DNA from: Pristiophorus japonicus
Lineage: Eukaryota
Assembly: GCF_044704955.1 (NCBI RefSeq)
Contig: NC_091998.1
Span: 63,178,001-63,242,000, forward strand
Reading direction: 5' to 3'
DNA length: 64,000 nucleotides
Below are positions 11,003 to 24,314 of this stretch, one piece after another (the stretch's first letter is position 1; each line of letters begins with the position of its first letter). The notes under the pieces were generated by a model that did not search any database, was not told the origin of the DNA, and worked only from the letters and a program-made list of their open reading frames with translations. The translations under genes and the position numbers were made by a program.

Positions 11003-14000
11003 CCTAGACTCAGTGGGTAAGCACACTCGCCTCTGAGCCAGAAGGTTGTGGGTTCAAGTCCCACTCGAGAAACTTGAGCACAAAATCTAGGCTGACACTC
11101 CAGTGCAGTACTGAGGGAATGCTGCACTGTCGGAGGTGCCGTCTTTCAGATTGGTCATTAAACCAAAGCCCTGTCTACTCTCAGATGGATATAAAATATT
11201 CCATGGCACTATTGAAGAGTTAAGGGTGTTCTCCCCGAATGTTTTGGCCAATGCTTATCCCCAGTACAACTCAGTTGCTGGGAAAATCCTGAAATCCATT
11301 AAGGAGAAAGTGGTAACAGTGCATTTAGAAAATCATCATTTGATTAGACAACATTCAACATGATTTTATGTATGTTTCCCCTGGCTGGAGGGTCTAGAAC
11401 TAGGGGATAAGGGACCGGCTATCTAAGACTGAGATGAGGAGGTATTTCTTCACTCAGAAGGTTGTAAATCTTTGGAATATTTTACCTTAAAGGGCTGTGG
11501 ATGCTGAATCATTGAGTATATTCAAGGCTGAGATAAGAGTTTTAGACTCCAGGTGAATCGAGGGATATGGAGATCGAGCGGGAAAGTGGAGTTGAGGTCA
11601 AAGATCAGTCATGATCTTATTGAATGGAAGAGCAGCTCGAGAGGCCGTATGGCCTACTCATAAACATAAGAACATAAGAATTAAGAACAGGAGTAGGCCA
11701 TCTAGCCCCTTGAGCCTGCTCCACCATTCAACAAGATCATGGCTGATCTGGCCGTGAACTCAGCTCCACTTACCCACCCGCTCCCCGTAACCCTTAATTC
11801 CCTTATTGGTTAAAAATCTATATATCTGTGATTTGAATACATTCAATGAGCTAGCCTCAACTGCTTCCTTGGGCAGAGAATTGCAGAGATTCACAACCCT
11901 CTGGGAGAAGAAATTCCTTCTCAACTCGGTTTTAAATTGGCTCCCCCATATTTTGAGGCTGTGTCCCCTAGTTCTAGTCTCCCCGACCAGTGGAAACAAC
12001 CTCTGCCTCTATCTTGTCTATCCCTTTCATTATTTTAAATGTTTCTATAAGATCACCCCTCATCCTTCTGAACTCCAACGAGTAAAGACCCAGTCTACTC
12101 AATCTATCATCATAAGGTAACCCTCTCATCTCCGGAATCAGCCTAGTGAATCATCTCTGTACCCCCTCTAAAACTAGTATATCCTTCCTTAAGTAAGGTG
12201 ACCAAAACTGCACGCAGTACTCCAGGTACGGCCTCACCAATACCCTGTACAGTTGCAGCAGGACCTCCCTGCTTTTGTACTCCATCCCTCTCGCAATGAA
12301 GGCTAACATTCCATTCGCCTTCCTGATTACCTGCTACACCTTTTGGGATTCATGCACAAGGACCCCCAGGTCCCTCTGCACCGCAGCATGTTGTAATTTC
12401 TCCCCATTCAAATATTCCCTTTTACTGTTTTTTGTCCCCCAAGGTGGATGACCTCACATTTTCCGACATTGTATTCCATCTGCCAAACCTTAGCCCATTC
12501 GCTTAACCTATCTAAATCTCTGCAGCCTCTCTGTGTCCTCTACACAACCCGCTTTCCCACTAATCTTTGTGTCATCTGCAAATTTTGTTACACTACACTC
12601 TGTCCCCTCTTCCAGGTCATCTATGTATACTGTAAACAGTTGTGGTCCCAGCACCAATCCCTGTGGCACACCACTAACCACCGATTTCCAACCCGAAAAG
12701 GACCCATTTATCCCGACTCTCTGCTTTCTGTTAGCCAGCCAATTCTCGATCCATGCTAATACATTTCCTCTGACTCCGCATACCTCTCTTCTATAGTAAC
12801 CTTTTGTGTGGCACCTTATCAAATGCCTTTTGGAAATCTAAATACACCACATCCATCGGTACACCTCTATCCACCATGCTCATTATATCCTCAAAGAATT
12901 CCAGTAAATTAGTTAAGCATGATTTCCCCTTCATGAATCCATGTTGTGTCTGCTTGATTGCACTATTCCTATCTAGATGTCCCGCTATTTCTTCCTTAAT
13001 GATAGCTTCAAGCATTTTCCCCACTACAGATGTTAAACTAACCAGCCTATAGTTACCTGCCTTTTGTTTGCCCCCCCTTTTTTTTTTTAAACAGAGGCGT
13101 TACATTAGCTGCTTTCCAATCCGCTGGTACCTCCCCAGAGTCCAGAGAATTTTGGTAGATTATAACAAATGCATCTGATATACCTTCCGCCATCTCTTTT
13201 AATACCCTAGGATGCATTTCATCCAGACCAGGGGACTTGTCTTCCTCGAGTCCTATTAGCCTGTCCAGCACTACCCCCCTAGTGATAGTGATTATCTCAA
13301 GGTCCTCTCTTCCCACATTCCCGTGACCAGCAATTTTTGGCATGGTTTTTGTGTCTTCCACTATGAAGACCGAAGCAAAATAATTGTTTAACGTCTCAGC
13401 CATTTCCACATTAAATCCCCCTTCTCATCTTCTAAGGGACCAACATTTACTTTAGTCACTCTTTTCCGTTTTATATATCGGTAAAAGCTTTTACTGTTTT
13501 TATGTTTTGCGCAAGTTTACTTTCGTAATCTATCTTTCCTTTCTTTATTGCTTTCTTAGTCATTCTTTGCTGTCGTTTAAAATTTTCCCAATCTTCTAGT
13601 TTCCCACTAACCTTGGCCACCTTATATGCATTGGTTTTTAATTTGATACTCTCCTTTATTATCCACGGCTGGTTATCCCTTCTCTTACCGCCCTTTTTCA
13701 CTGGAATGAAAGAGCTTCTTAAGTCCTCCACTGTTCCTCAATTGTGCCACCGTTTAGTCTGTGTTCCCAGTCTACTTTAGCCAACGCTGCCCTCATCCCA
13801 CTGTAGTCCCCTTTGTTTAAGCATAGTATGCTCGTTTGAGACACTACTTCCTCACCCTCAATCTGTATTACAAATTCAACCATTCTGTGATCACTCATTC
13901 TGAGAGGATCTTTTACTAGGAGATCGTTTATTATTCCTGTCTCATTACACAGGACCAGATCTAAGATAGCTTGCTCCGTTGTAGGTTCTGTAACATACTG

Positions 14001-14190
14001 TTCTAATAAACAATCATGTTCAACCAACATCACTAAAACATATTATCAGATCATTACCATATTGGTGTTTATGGGACTTTGCTGTGCACAAATTGGCTGT
14101 TCTTTTTCATACTTCAAGAGTACTTCATTAGCCGGCGAGCGCTTTGGAACATCCTGAGGCCATGAAAGGCACTTTATAAAGTTCTTTATT
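11003..14190 (+). mobile_element. DeuSINE-like SINE split into 5' (11003-11262) and 3' (14020-14190) halves by nested CR1 sequence
   Basis: The tRNA-like head (ctcagtggg...ggttcaagtccc) and core break off at ggccaatgcttatccc and resume at tcaaccaacatcactaaaaca. Confidence 0.75.
11660..14020 (-). mobile_element. CR1 LINE, ~2.4 kb ORF2 fragment
   Basis: [57 protein letters not shown], and a (cataagaa)n tail. Confidence 0.92.
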
Positions 14191-16964
14191 TCTTTCCTGT
14201 TTGCAGGGAGAGGCTCAGTGACGTTTGGCCCCCGATTCACTGGATAATGTTAGCATTTTCGGACAGCAGAAGCCGCTATATATAAGCACCACTCAGTACA
14301 GCAGCAAACCCTATGGATCGTACCAGGGACTCAGCACCAATTGAATCAATCTCAGCCATGCCACCAATTGAGTGCTACAGATGAGCTCAGTAGCCATGGG
14401 TTCAGGAAAGGGTAATTACCTGAAGTGGACAGGGCGTGAATACGTGCAAGTCCTGCTCGAGCCCATCCAGTCCCAGCCATTGTTGATTGCTATCAGTCAG
14501 ATACCACTTAAAGTCAGGCACCCATTCTGCGACCTTGGTAGGGGTCTCTCGCACAGCACCATACTTGAATCTTCCTACAACAGTCGCTACATACCAAGCT
14601 GTTGTGCTCAGACTCTACGGATTGGAGTCCTTCATCTGCTGCCGCCATCACATGAAAGGATTTGACTCTTTCCACGCGCACTGCCTACAACTTATCCTGG
14701 GGCGGGGGGTGCTGATGTCCAGAGCACTGCAATATAACAGAGACCGCCTAGGCTCGAGGGGCCAAATGGCCCACTCCTGCTCCTATTCCTTATGTTCTTA
14801 TTGACTCATCGATTCGAGGGGAGTCTCCCTCAGAGTGTTTCAGTGGACAAGCGAATGCTGGTTAGCCTGTTGTTGGCCAGCACGGACAAATGGCCCCCTT
14901 CCGTGCTGTAAACTTTTATGATTCTGTTTCTAGAGGGATGAGGTGAAAAGTAAGGGCCTATCAAAAAAAAAAGGGACAGGACAGTTATAAACATCAGCCT
15001 ATTTCTGTCCTAAAACCTTTTATGCTCTTGAGACACAACAAGGACGTTAAAAAAATCCAAAGATTAAAATTTTTTTTTTTTTTTTTTTAATAGAGAAATA
15101 TAGAATACCAAAACAGTTCTGCCTAATTCAGAAGAAATCGCATTACCCACACGTTCTCACAGCATGGTGACTGTGCAGCACGGGAAGAAAACGACATCGA
15201 CATTCCCTGCTTAGAGACTCTCTCGAACACCTTACAGAAAGTAATTTCATCAAGAACGTTGACACATCTGTTTGGAAGCAGAGTGAGAGAGAAAATAACT
15301 CTTGCTGGTCACGGAAATAAAATCGGAAATTCCGCTTCCATTGGCAACGTGTGCAAGCAGTCAGGGAGAGGAACACACTCGCCATTTAATAATCTGAAAA
15401 ATGTCAAAGTGCACAAAGCAGGGAACTGACCCCAAGGGGATCAGAGAAATTGAAACATACACAGTAAAAGGTTTAAAAACACAAAAATAAAATAAAAGAC
15501 AGGACACATTAATGCAAAAGTTCACGGAAGAAAAGAAAAAATTCACAAAAATATACAAATTAAAATCTCGTTACAAAATAAATATAGTCTACACCGAGTG
15601 CCACCCTTCAGGGTGAAATCAGGTCCCTTGATTCAAATTTCTCCTGAACGTACAGAACCAGAGGAATGTTACCCACAAACAAGTGAGGATGGTGGCCTGG
15701 GAATGTTACAACATTCTGATCACCTCCCGCCTACTTTCTAATTATTGCTAGTGTTCAGCTCAGGACAAGAAATAAAACACTATTTAAAAAAACACACACA
15801 CTCACGCTGGTCACGTCTGGATTTTCATTGGTTCTGTAGCCAAGAGGTTAAAGTTACAAGTTTCCCTTATTCTCCTCCTCCCCCCCTCAATGCAAATGGT
15901 TGTCAAAGTCTGAATATTGCAATTGTCCAAAAAAACTCTTAATTTAATATATAGATTTATATATAAAAAAGGGATTCTAAAAACTATACTCTGAAAAACA
16001 ATTGATGGTTCTTAGTGCACTTTCAGGAACATTTTTGTCCTCTCTTTCTCTCTCTCTTCCCCCCCCCCCCCCCCCCCCAAGGAAGACGACATTTTAAAGC
16101 TATTTAATATCAACAGGAGATCAAACAATGCGAGCAGGGCAGTGGTGTGAAGTTTGGTGGGACTCTATGGAGACCAAGTTAATGGAAATAAATATACATT
16201 TGACTGGTCAGGTTGATCAAGCTGTGTGTGTGCGTGTGTGTGCGGGGGTGGGGGGTGGTGTTGGTCAGTGTATTTGGATTTAAATGATTGGATAAAAGTT
16301 GCCCCTCCCCTCCTGAAAGATCTGACTCATGCTGGAATAAGGTATGGTTCCATGTGCTTTGCTACAAGTGAGCGTCCTTTATGCGTCAGCCCAATACTGT
16401 TCCCTCGTGACGTCTGTGCACAAGCAGACAGGCTCAGGGAGCGGGGATTTCGGCTGATGCAAGCTCCCAACCCAGGAGCCACCTTGGCTTAACATGAGCC
16501 GACGCCACACAGCCAGGGCTTGAGCCCAGGTTCTTGCACACTTACAAACCGCGACTAGAAAACTATTTCAGAATGATTGATCGGTCACAATCTCGCAGAA
16601 TCCTCCGCGACATTATCTTTTCCGCACAATTAGACATATGAGAGCTATAAACAGAGGATCTGACCATCGAGTGCAAAGGCAAGTGCACACAGGTGTGGGG
16701 TAACCCAACTCTTTCACAATTTTAAATAGTTAAAAGATTTGTTGGGAGTCACCCCTCTAATTCACAGGACAGATTCAGCACTAAATGCCAACAACTTCTA
16801 AAGTGGATTGCGCATTAACCTGCATCTTGCAATCCAAGACTAAACAATTAATAATTCGTCCCCTTGAAAAAATGTTTCACGTAAATGTCTGCCTGGAGTG
16901 CAAATGTTCCCAATTGGAAGACTCAAGCCAACCGTAGAATATAAATAAACCAATGGTAAATTAC

Positions 16965-17210
16965 ATCGCAAATCACCATCTCCACGTTCTCCTCCAAGTC
17001 ACACACCATCCTGACTTGGAAATATAACACCGTTCCTTTATCGTCGCTGGGTCAAAATCCTGGAACTCCCTCCCTGACGGCGCTGTGGGAGCACCTTCAC
17101 CACACGGACTGCAGCGGTTCGAGAAGGCAGCTAATCACCACCTTCTCGAGGGCAAATAGTGATGGGCAATAAATGTCAGCCTTGCCAGCAACGCCCACAT
17201 CCCATGAACG
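16965..17210 (+). mobile_element. 3' end of a second CR1-group LINE family
   Basis: Matches 45470-45700 and the reverse complement of 60955-61200 (aaaatcctggaactccctccct...gggcaataaatg). Confidence 0.75.
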
Positions 17211-17747
17211 AAGTTTTAAAACTTGCTCACGAGAATACACTGATGGACCTTTTTTTTTTTCTAGTTTTGAACGTCAGAGGAGGACACACACACACACACA
17301 CACAAATGTTGTAGTGTGGAACTGCAATGGTGACCCGTATTTTTAAACTCAATACCTCACGGGCACCTAGAAATAAAAAAAAATCAGCCAGCCACAACCA
17401 CAGCGGGAGTCAGCGAGGCTCGCCACTGTTTACAGAATCACAGCCCCGTAGTGCCTAGTAAATTCCCATCTCCTACCCTGAAAGATTCATTGGTAAGTGG
17501 ATTCGCTTAACAACTTGCAGTTGGAAGAATAGCTCCACAGCAACAGCACTGATCAACACACGAACAGGAACGCACATTGGAGATTGGTCTGCGCTTGTAC
17601 CAAGATTACATTAGCAAAAAAAATCAAAGCAACTCGGGTTGAATTTGCCCTCCTCACTTCATTATTGAGCAGTGGAGACACTTCCATCACCTCCATCGAG
17701 GACCACAAAGCCTCTCCTTCAGTGGAAATATTGCTAAAAAGTTACCT

Positions 17748-17850
17748 CTTCTGATGAAGGGTTGCAACCCAAAACAATGACCTGTCCTCGCCCTTTCTCA
17801 GATGCTGAGATACATAATGTGCACACTCAGCATTTTCAGCTTTTATGCTA
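17748..17850 (+). mobile_element. Penelope-like terminal repeat remnant with a decayed hammerhead core
   Basis: ctgatga-a-gggttgcaaccc-aaaac...cagatgctg...cagcattttc; related to the 56245-56360 remnant. Confidence 0.55.
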
Positions 17851-18059
17851 GATTTTCTCAGAAAAGTATTTTAATTCATTCTACGATTTGTACTGGCACC
17901 CTCTTAAATCTGCGGAAACCACCTTTGTCACTTTGCCTGGGTCAGAGACCACGGGCTCAGGGCCAAGTCGCACCCAAGGTCGTACCCAAGGTCGTCTGCA
18001 GACATGCGCGCAATGTTGGGGCCTGGAGCTTTCCTGCAACATGGCCGCACTTGGAACGC

Positions 18060-18172
18060 ACATGAAACACACATGAAACACACCTGGGCGCACGTGAAAC
18101 ACACCTGGGCGCACGTGAAACACACCTGGGCGCACGTGAAACACACCTGGAACCCACCTGGGGGCACATGAA
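18060..18172. repeat. 21-bp tandem repeat gaaacacacctgggcgcacgt (3 full plus partial copies)
   Basis: Seen directly; it explains the repetitive ORFs at 17881-18218. Confidence 0.9.
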
Positions 18173-19706
18173 ATACAAAAACACACAGGCTTGCCTGTGC
18201 TTCCCTGAAACAAGCCATTTAAGAAAATAAAAAGACCTATGGCTTCACTTCAATTGCTGCCGAGAATACACGTTTGGTTAATACTTCAAAATCCAATTCT
18301 CCAACCTTGAGGAAACAGCGAATCCAAAAATTGGGTTGGACCAGACATGCGAAGAGAACGCGATCGCTAGTTTCTGTCCTCGTCTGTTTGAATAGTTTGA
18401 GAACCTTTAATCCGCCTCCCTACCTCTCTCTCCACCACTGCCATCACCCACCCCCGCAAAGATCAATAAAAAGGCCAGTGACTTTGATAATGGACTAAAG
18501 ACCACCTGAGTTCTTGGACAACAATGCAGTGAGCTGCTGTTGGTTGAACTGCCACCTTGTGTAAAAGTACATCATGATCACAGGACGGGGGTTGAATTCT
18601 TGCCCGGGGGTGTGGGGAGGTTCCTGATCATCCACCGAAGAACCGCAGAGACTCTGAATAAAAAGAGTTAGGGGCCATTTCTTTGGGGTTTGAGAGATCT
18701 TCCGCCAACGTTCTAGTGGACGATGGGGAGATGCCCCTGGCCCTGTTACCATCTCAGGGCCGAGCGGAGACTGCAGTCGCCTGAAACCTTGGATCACCGA
18801 TTGGGAGAAGCTGAGCAGGCTTCCACGATACGTTAGATTAGCGTCAGCCTGAAGGGAAAAATGTTTCAGGGCTACAGGGGAAGTGGGACAAGCTGAAGTG
18901 CTCTTGCAGAGAGCCAGCATGGGGCTTGACAGGTCGAATGACCTCCTGCTGTGCGGTAACCGTTCTACGAATCTAGAAGTTGGTTCATTGAGCCATGTTG
19001 GGCTTTGCCTCAGGATAAAATGAAACCGTTAAAAGCAAGGAACCTCCAGTTGGAAAAACACCTCATTAGTCGCATTACCCCACGGTATAAATGGGGTAAC
19101 AATCTGGGCAATGCCACAGTAACAGCTTCCCTCACCTACAAATACAAAAAAGGAATCTGAGGGGAGAAAAAAAATCTCAGGGTTGACATGGTGGCTGGGC
19201 AGAAATTGGATGGGGTTTAATATTGCTGCACACCAACCCGAGGTGACGGTTGCAGCGCTGCCCAGCAACACACAGCCCTAACCTATCTGAGGCCGCCCAA
19301 GATTGCTCTCGACCAATGTACAAGTTAAAAGCTTGTCTTCGACAGCAAAGCTTCATTTGCCAGAAGGAAAATAAATGGCCATTGGACGACCGTGTCTTTC
19401 AATGGAGGTCTCGTCTTTCTTCCCCATAGTGTCTCCACAGCGGCGCTCCCCCAGTTAGTAATACATCAGACAGGATTCCTCTCTTTCCACACACTCAGAT
19501 CTACTGAAAAAAAGCAGAGAGTCTTCCCCATCAGGTCCCAAGTTGTTTCGTGTCGTGTTTTTTCCACTTTCCCTTACCCCCAGCACCCCCCCCCCCCCCA
19601 CCCCCAATCCCACACAATATTAAAGTTGCAGTGTTTGTTCACATAAACCATTGTTAATGCCCAAGTGCAGAGCCCAACACTCAGAGGACCAGGCCTCGAA
19701 GTGGGG

Positions 19707-19901
19707 TCATATATTGTTTTCCACCGAAGTGTGGTTCAATCTACGGTTCAAAGAGTTCTGATCGTTCAGGAGGTTTGTGGTTTCGTCCGCTATACTCTCT
19801 GGTTTCTCCATGTCGACCTTTGTGTGGGGGTTCTCGGGGGATTGAGGGGTGCTGTCCAATTTTGACGCTATTAATCCATTCTGATATTGCTGCCGCGTGA
19901 C
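19707..19901 (-). CDS. CNNM4: CNNM4-like terminal coding exon 7
   Basis: Acceptor gaacag|GTC. Encodes VTRQQYQNGLIASKLDSTPQSP...DETTNLLNDQNSLNRRLNHTSVENNI then TGA. The seven exons sum to 2322 nt, in frame. Confidence 0.95.
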   Translation of the reverse strand, partial: VTRQQYQNGLIASKLDSTPQSPENPHTKVDMEKPESIADETTNLLNDQNSLNRRLNHTSVENNI

Positions 19902-19949
19902 CTGTTCATTAAAAAAAAACAAGATGAATTAATTCCGTATACAGTACTT

Positions 19950-20180
19950 TCTGCTCACGATGCGGTCTCCTCTACATCGGGGCGACCAAACACAGTTTGA
20001 GTGACCACTTTGCGGAACACCTCCGTTCAGTCCAGAAGCGTGACCCCGAGCTTCCGGTCGCCTGTCCCTTTAATTCCCTGCTCAACTCCCACCTCTCAGT
20101 TTTTGGCCTCTTACACGGTTCCAACGAAACTCAACGCAAGCTCGAGGAACAGCACCTCATCTTTCGAGTTCAACAATTTC
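19950..20180 (+). mobile_element. Penelope-like element, GIY-YIG endonuclease fragment
   Basis: Translates CSRCGLLYIGATKHSLSDHFAEHLRSV...PVACPFNS...RKLEEQHLIFR. Confidence 0.85.
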
Positions 20181-21369
20181 AGAATGAAAAAGCGAAAGAA
20201 AAAAAGAAAAAAAAGGGAGAAAGAGAAGGACTTGCATTTATTCAGCACCTTTCATGACCGCAAGGTGTTCCAAAGTGCTTTACAGCCAATGAGGTCCAAG
20301 TCCCAGTCTATATTCACTCCCAGTTTGTGAAGTGGTGCAATAGCCAGCTACCAGCAGCTGCAATACCAACCAAACACCTGCTGGGGGAGCTGCTGAGCTC
20401 AGGTAGCAGCGCCACAAGCTGGCGCAGAGTGGTACTGCAGCCCCATTCCCAAACCATTTTTCTCAGCTCCATTTATTTTGTAGGGACAGAATTTCACTAA
20501 ACAATATTGCTCTTTGATACACAAACATGATCTAATTAGAAGGAAGTTACGTTTATCAAATTTCCAAACAATCCAGTGAAATCTTACTGGTGTTACTTGC
20601 ACATCTCATAGACTTAGCAGTGACCCGACAGAGGATTACAGAATAATGGAAGGGCAGGATTCTATCCCGATTCAGTTGAACAGTTTGTGGAGCACCAGGG
20701 GACATGCATTTAAACTACGCAAGAGTAGGAACAGACTGGATATAGGGCGGATCTCCCCCCCCCCCCCCACCAAAAGAGAGTAGTGAGCCCCTAGAATGTG
20801 TTGCCGACTGGTATGGTGGGCACTGACTCTCTGTACGTCTTCAATGACCGGGGCAGAGATCGTATCATATCGAAGGCAAGCGGCTTTACAGATGACACGT
20901 GGTTCATGTGATCTCCCCAGAGGTCACAATATCAAGTTGTGTGAAGGCCACATCGAGACTGGATGTCAGGAGGTGGTTCTTTTCCCAGAGAATAGCGGGC
21001 CTGTAGGCTGCCGGCTCGTGCGTTGAACGCTGATTCAAGCGAGAGATGGACCGGTTTCTGGCTGGGGCGGAGATCACCTTGTACAAGAGGTAGGTACTGT
21101 GCACCATTAATCAGGGCCGGAGTGATATCCTGGACTAGTTTTGATCACCTGTGTAGAGGGGACGGGGATGGTGGGGTGATCAGAGAGGAATTGTCCAGAT
21201 TTTATCACCTAATTGGCTTGGGGGTTTAATCTGTTGCACAAGGCATCAGTTCTGTGGGACAGGCTGGATGGACCGGAGGGTCTTTTCCTGTCAATCATTG
21301 TTGCTGTGTAAAAAAAACTTGCATTTATTTAGAGCCTTTCATGACCACCTCATGTCCCAAAGTGCTTGG

Positions 21370-22640
21370 TTTGCTTTTAAAAGTAGCCTTGCTAACTAAT
21401 CTGTTTAGCGATGTGTGTATGTGTACTCTGAGATCCCTTTGTTCCTCTACCCCACCCAGATTCGCACCCTCCAAATAATGAGTGACCTCCCTATTCTTCC
21501 TACAAAAATGTAATACCTCACATTTATCTGTGTTGAATTTCATTTGTCAATTATATGCCCATTCTGCAAGTTTAATAATGACCCCTGTAATTTATTGCCC
21601 CCTCAGTAGTGACCATCGCCCAATTTAGTGTCATCTGCAAATTTAGAAATTGTGTTTTTGATTCCAAAGTCTAAATTGTTAATATAAATTGTGAGCTTGT
21701 TCATCAGTCTATTATGGGGTATCTTAGCGAAACCTTTTGAAAATCTACTACATTACCATTGTCTGCTTTCTCTGTTACCTCTTCAAAAAATTCATTGACC
21801 TTGGTCAAGCCAGACTTTCCCTTTTGAAATCCATGCTGGTTATTCATTACTATATTTTTGATTTCTAGATGTTCTTCTATTTTCTCCTTTAGTAGGGATT
21901 CCATTATTTTTCCTACCACCGATGTTAAGCTGACTGGTCTATAATTCCCTGGACATGTTCTATCTCCCTTCTTAAATATAGGAATTATGTTAGCTATCCA
22001 CCAGTCCTCTGGTACTACACCTTTTTCTAACGAATTGTTAAATACGAGTAGAAATGCTTCCACTCTCTCTTCCCTAGATTCTTTTAAAATGTGTGGTTGC
22101 AATCCATCTAGACCAGGGGTTTAATCCTCGGAGTTTGATTAGTTTATTTAATATATCCTCTCTTTTTATTTTAAATGCACTTCTCATTATTAATCTCATC
22201 ATCCAATGCCATATCCACCTTTCTATCTCCCTGGTAAATACTGAAGCAAAATTATTTAATATTTCTCCCATCTCTCTATCGTTACCTGTGGTACTATCCT
22301 GTCTATCTCGTAATGGCCCTATTCCCATCCCGACCTTCCTTTTTTTTTTTTATTGTGCCTGTAAAATGCTTTTTGTTTTATGTTCCTTGATAAGTTAATT
22401 TCAAAGTTTCTCTTTCCCTTCCCAATTGTTTTTTTTTTTACTTCTCTCCTAATCTCTTCCTATTCTCCCTTATCATGCACTCCCCTGCTTTCTATGTACT
22501 TAATGTATGCCTCTTTCCTTGCCCTCAATTGTTCCCTTATGGCTTTATTCATCCATGGAGTCTCATTAGTGCTTAGTTTGTTCTTTCCTTTTAGTGGTGT
22601 TCCTGCACTCAGCTGAACACCGTTTGAAATCTCTCCCATT
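21370..22640 (-). mobile_element. CR1 LINE ORF2 fragment
   Basis: VPEDWWIANIIPIFKKGDRTCPGNYRPVSLTSVVGK, QHGFQKGKS, MKFNTDKCEVLHF. Confidence 0.9.
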
Positions 22641-22654
22641 GCTGTTCTACATCG

Positions 22655-22935
22655 TTGTTGTTTGAGGGATAAATATTGGCCAGGACACCATGAGATAATG
22701 GGATAACTCCCCTGCTCTTCTTCAAAATAGTGCCACGAGATCTTTTACCTCCACCCGAGAGAACAGACGGGGCCTCGGTTTAACGTCTCATCCAAAAGAC
22801 GGCAGCTCCGACAGTGCAGTGCTCCCTCAGCACTGCACTGGAGTGTCAGCCTAGATTTTTATACTCAAGTCTCTGGAGTGGGACAGCATCTGGATTCAGA
22901 GGCGAGGGTGCTGCCCACTGAGCCACAGGCTGACA
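22655..22935 (-). mobile_element. DeuSINE/SacSINE1-like SINE
   Basis: Shared core gagggataaatattggccaggacacc...cagacggggcctcggtttaacgtctcatcc...gctgcccactgagccac. Confidence 0.8.
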
Positions 22936-23897
22936 AATTATGTGCAATAGTGGGGGTGAGAAATTTTCTCACACTCCAGTTGAATTGTGAAAACACCCAA
23001 TGGTACTTCTAGACTATGTCCTTCCAAACTTGGGTTGTTTGTGGAGAGAGCATTGTGAGCCTGCCAACACTGGTGAGGACAGGGCTGTCACTGGGGAATG
23101 GACTAAGATTATCCAAGAAACAAATGGCACATTAACCTGTATTAGATTTTTTTTTTAATATAAGTAGTGCATTGACATTGTAATGGCCCTCAAAAAAGGG
23201 TGAAATAACCAGGACTAAACCTTTATAAATCACTGGTTTGGCCTCAACTCGAGCACTGTGTCTAATTCTGGGCACCACACTCAAGGCCTTGGAAAGGGTG
23301 CAGCAGAGATTTACTAATATAGTACCGGGGACATGGGACTTCAGTTATGTGGAGAGACTGAAGAAACTGTGGTTGTTGTTCTTAGAGCAGAGAAGGTAAA
23401 GAGGAGATTGAATAGATGTATTCAAAATTATAAGAGGATTTGATAGAAAGTGGGAGGGTTAGTAACAATTCTCCCTTTATGCTGCGTGGCCGTGTCGTGC
23501 TCCAACTATCCAGTGAGGCCCACTTTTCGATTGGGGATAAAAAGGGCTTGCACTGAATTTTGAATGGGCCACGCAGCACCCCCCCCCAAATTACAGGGAA
23601 CATTGGTCGTTGACTAAAGGTAATTGGCAAATGAACCAGGGAGAAGACTTGTTTTTTTACACAACGAGTTATGATCCGGAACGCACTGCACTGCCTGGCA
23701 AGGGTGGTGGAAACAGATTCAATAGTAACTTTCAAAAGGGAATTAGATAAATACGTGAAGGGAATTTTTTTTCTTCTAAAAACAGGAATGAGAAAAGAAC
23801 AGGAGCATGGGACTAATTAGAGACCTCTTTCATCAGAACCGACAGAGTCACGATACCTGAATGACCTCCTGTGCTGTATGATTCTATGACTTCTTAC

Positions 23898-24067
23898 CTT
23901 GACAAACTGCAGGTCTGTCAGTGCCCTCACAGAGAAATCGGGAACGTAAAGCGCCGAGTTGGCCTGGGTGCCCGAGCTTACGATGGTTGGCATGGACTCG
24001 GAATGCTCGGAGTGCTGAAGCAACATGGAACGATTCAACTCGCTGTGGTGAGAGGATGGGCGGGATT
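23898..24067 (-). CDS. CNNM4: CNNM4-like exon 6 (170 bp)
   Basis: Acceptor ctgtttag|AA, donor AAG|GTAAGA. Encodes ESRPSSHHSELNRS...ALYVPDFSVRALTDLQFVK, with the conserved DFSVRAL motif. Confidence 0.92.
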
Positions 24068-24314
24068 CTAAACAGCAAACAGAAGATCAAATGGATCAGT
24101 TATTTGCAGTGGGCCAGCGGGTCACATCCCACTGGGCCGGGGGCTCTTCACGCAACGGGGCATCCGGCAACACGTAAAGCAATCTATTTCAGGCCATCAG
24201 CTCGGAATCAATGGGCAGGCACAGGATGTCTATCGTTCACTGGAGTGCAGTGACAGAGCAACAGTGTTCAGCGCAGATTGTGAACCGAGGCTGCCGCAGT
24301 CTGTGTTTCAACTG

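Larger units (their letters stand above)
15060..19706 (-). other. Putative long (~4.6 kb) 3' UTR of the CNNM4-like gene
   Basis: Comparatively TE-poor and U-rich on the minus strand after the stop. Candidate ATTAAA at 15086-15091 is followed by a GU-rich tract (ttgttgtgtct). The endpoint is an inference. Confidence 0.35.
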
